A stretch of 64,000 nt of DNA from Candidatus Pullibacteroides excrementavium (GTDB lineage Bacteria; Bacteroidota; Bacteroidia; Bacteroidales; P3), in contig JADIMZ010000004.1 in NCBI GenBank assembly GCA_017694335.1, positions 15,033 to 79,032 of the forward strand. The letters are read 5' to 3'. Both the position numbers and the translations under genes were made by a program. The notes beneath the pieces are model-generated. The model was not told the origin of the DNA and ran no database searches. It saw nothing but the letters and a program-made list of their open reading frames with translations. Positions 62,425 to 64,000 of this stretch are shown piece by piece; positions within the stretch are counted from its first letter, which is position 1, and each line of letters begins with the position of its first letter.

Positions 62425-63996
62425 ATGGCAAGCCGTTTTCTTAATGTTATCAATGTTATAGTAAAGGCCGCAATTCTCTTTGCGTTCCATCGACATTTTG
62501 ATGATCAGATAGCCTACATTAATCAAATTCCTCAATTCGGCCAATTTCACCGAGTGGACCGACTTGTTGTAGAGGTCCTCGGTTTCCTTGTAGATGATGT
62601 CCATGCGGTCGAAAGCCCGTTTGAGGCGGAGGTTGGAGCGGACAATGCCCACATAGCTCGACATGATGGTCTGCACTTCTTTCAGGCTTTGGGTAATCAG
62701 GATCATTTCCTCGTTGAACACCATGCCTTCATCGTTCCAGTCCGGCACTTCCTCGCAGAAATTGATATGGGATACCTGGCTGATGGCGTGCTGGGAAGCG
62801 CGGTGGGAGAATACCAAGGCTTCCAGCAGGGAGTTCGATGCCAAGCGGTTGGCACCGTGCAGGCCGGTGCAGGAGCATTCGCCGGAAGCGTACAGGTGCT
62901 TGATGCTGGTGCAGGCGTTGCTGTCCACCACGATGCCGCCGCAGCTGTAATGCGCCACAGGGACTACCGGCAGCAGGTCTTTGGTGATGTCGATGCCGAT
63001 GGAGAGGCATTTGGCGTAAATAGTGGGGAAATGGTGGAAGATCTCTTCTTTGGAGATAGGGCGGCAATCCAAGAACACATGGTCGTCGCCGGTGATTTTC
63101 ATTTCGTTGTCGATAGCGCGGGCTACCACATCGCGGGGAGCCAGTTCCAGACGCGGGTCGTAGCGGTTCATGAAGTAGTCGCCCCCGATGGTGCAGAGTT
63201 TGGCGCCTGCGCCTCTTACGGCTTCCGAAATCAGGAAGCAGGGCTTCTCGCCGGGATTGTAGAGGCCGGTAGGATGGAACTGGATGAATTCCATGTTCGA
63301 GACCTTGCCTTTGGCCCGGTAAACCATCGCCACGCCGTCGCCGGTGGCTACTACCGGGTTGGTGGTGTTGGTGTAGACGTTGCCGTTGCCGCCGGTGGCC
63401 AGCATCGTGGTCTTGGCCAAGATGGTCTCTATTTTATTGGTATTGGGGTTGAGTACGTAGGCTCCGAAACATTCGATGTCGGGCGTGCGGCGGGTCACTT
63501 CCACGCCGAGGTGGTGCTGGGTAATCAGGTCTATCGCGAAATAGCCTTCCAAGAGTTCGATGTCGGGGTGTTCGCGGACGGCTTTCAGCAGGGCGCGTTC
63601 TATTTCGGCTCCGGTCTGGTCCTTGTGGTGCAGGATGCGGTGCGCGGAATGCCCGCCTTCCCGGCCTAATTCGAATTCCCCGGTTTGCTTGCGGTCGAAC
63701 TCGGTTCCCCAGGCGATAAGCTCGTTGATGCGGTCGTTCGATTCCTCAATCGTGAAACGGACCACGTTTTCGTTACAGAGTCCGTCTCCGGCCACCAAGG
63801 TGTCGTGGATATGTTTTTCGTGGGAATCCAAGGCATCCATCACGGTGGCGATGCCGCCTTGGGCGAAAGCGGTGGAGGTCTCGTCGGCCTTGGATTTGGT
63901 AATGATGCAGACGCTGCCTTTGGAAGCCACTTTCAAGGCATAGCTCAGACCGGCGATACCGGTTCCGATGATCAGGAAATCAACATGTTTCTTCAT
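62416..63996 (-). CDS. nadB: L-aspartate oxidase
   Basis: FAD motif DFLIIGTGIAGL; HPTG, RLASNSLLE; 526 aa. Confidence 0.9.
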   Translation of the reverse strand: MKKHVDFLIIGTGIAGLSYALKVASKGSVCIITKSKADETSTAFAQGGIATVMDALDSHEKHIHDTLVAGDGLCNENVVRFTIEESNDRINELIAWGTEFDRKQTGEFELGREGGHSAHRILHHKDQTGAEIERALLKAVREHPDIELLEGYFAIDLITQHHLGVEVTRRTPDIECFGAYVLNPNTNKIETILAKTTMLATGGNGNVYTNTTNPVVATGDGVAMVYRAKGKVSNMEFIQFHPTGLYNPGEKPCFLISEAVRGAGAKLCTIGGDYFMNRYDPRLELAPRDVVARAIDNEMKITGDDHVFLDCRPISKEEIFHHFPTIYAKCLSIGIDITKDLLPVVPVAHYSCGGIVVDSNACTSIKHLYASGECSCTGLHGANRLASNSLLEALVFSHRASQHAISQVSHINFCEEVPDWNDEGMVFNEEMILITQSLKEVQTIMSSYVGIVRSNLRLKRAFDRMDIIYKETEDLYNKSVHSVKLAELRNLINVGYLIIKMSMERKENCGLYYNIDNIKKTACHNG

Positions 63997-64000
63997 ACCG

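Noticed and set aside
50541-63669. Long antisense ORFs opposite the TPR lipoprotein gene (50541-52211), dnaE (54245-55993), purB (60844-62355) and nadB (62425-63669).
   Set aside because: The opposite strands encode unambiguous conserved proteins. There is no independent support.

Overview
This 64-kb window looks like a chromosomal segment of a Bacteroidota genome, probably Bacteroidales-like. Hand counts give about 55% GC. Supporting signs are TAnnTTTG-type promoter boxes, no Shine-Dalgarno sites, T9SS sorting domains, gldA, and the DUF4271-hemD-rnpA-yidD gene order. The window has two very different parts. (1) nt ~1,190-28,350 is a ~27-kb island of eight consecutive large genes (590-1,624 aa). 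Every product has an N-terminal Sec signal peptide and a C-terminal type-A T9SS (Por) sorting domain. The eight fall into paralogue sets. A and G combine CARDB-like and choice-of-anchor-J-like modules. B and E combine propeller-like, FN3, carboxypeptidase-regulatory-like and J-like modules. C, H and I carry a thioredoxin-fold 'Omp28-related' block with CxxC. D carries five Cys-bracketed FN3 modules. I recognised no catalytic motif, regulator, transporter or T9SS machinery gene inside the island, so its function cannot be read from sequence. It is the best candidate for an uncharacterised system here. (2) nt ~28,700-64,000 is conserved housekeeping. It holds a POT peptide transporter, maf, an S41 protease, a GuaD-like deaminase, gldA, hemD-rnpA-yidD, rplM-rpsI-rpsB-tsf, pyrH-frr, an MsbA-like exporter, rsgA, radC, dnaE-trxA, purB and nadB, plus a low-GC hicAB module and a three-gene glycan module. 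Several things in this half are not visible in the ORF track. There are at least two families of dispersed structured intergenic repeats: a ~100-nt long hairpin in four copies and an 80-nt unit in three copies. There is a 58-codon histone H1-like gene below the track cutoff, with a ~180-nt structured leader upstream of it. I saw no rRNA, tRNA, CRISPR array, transposase or integrase. All family calls come from motif recognition by eye; no database search was run.
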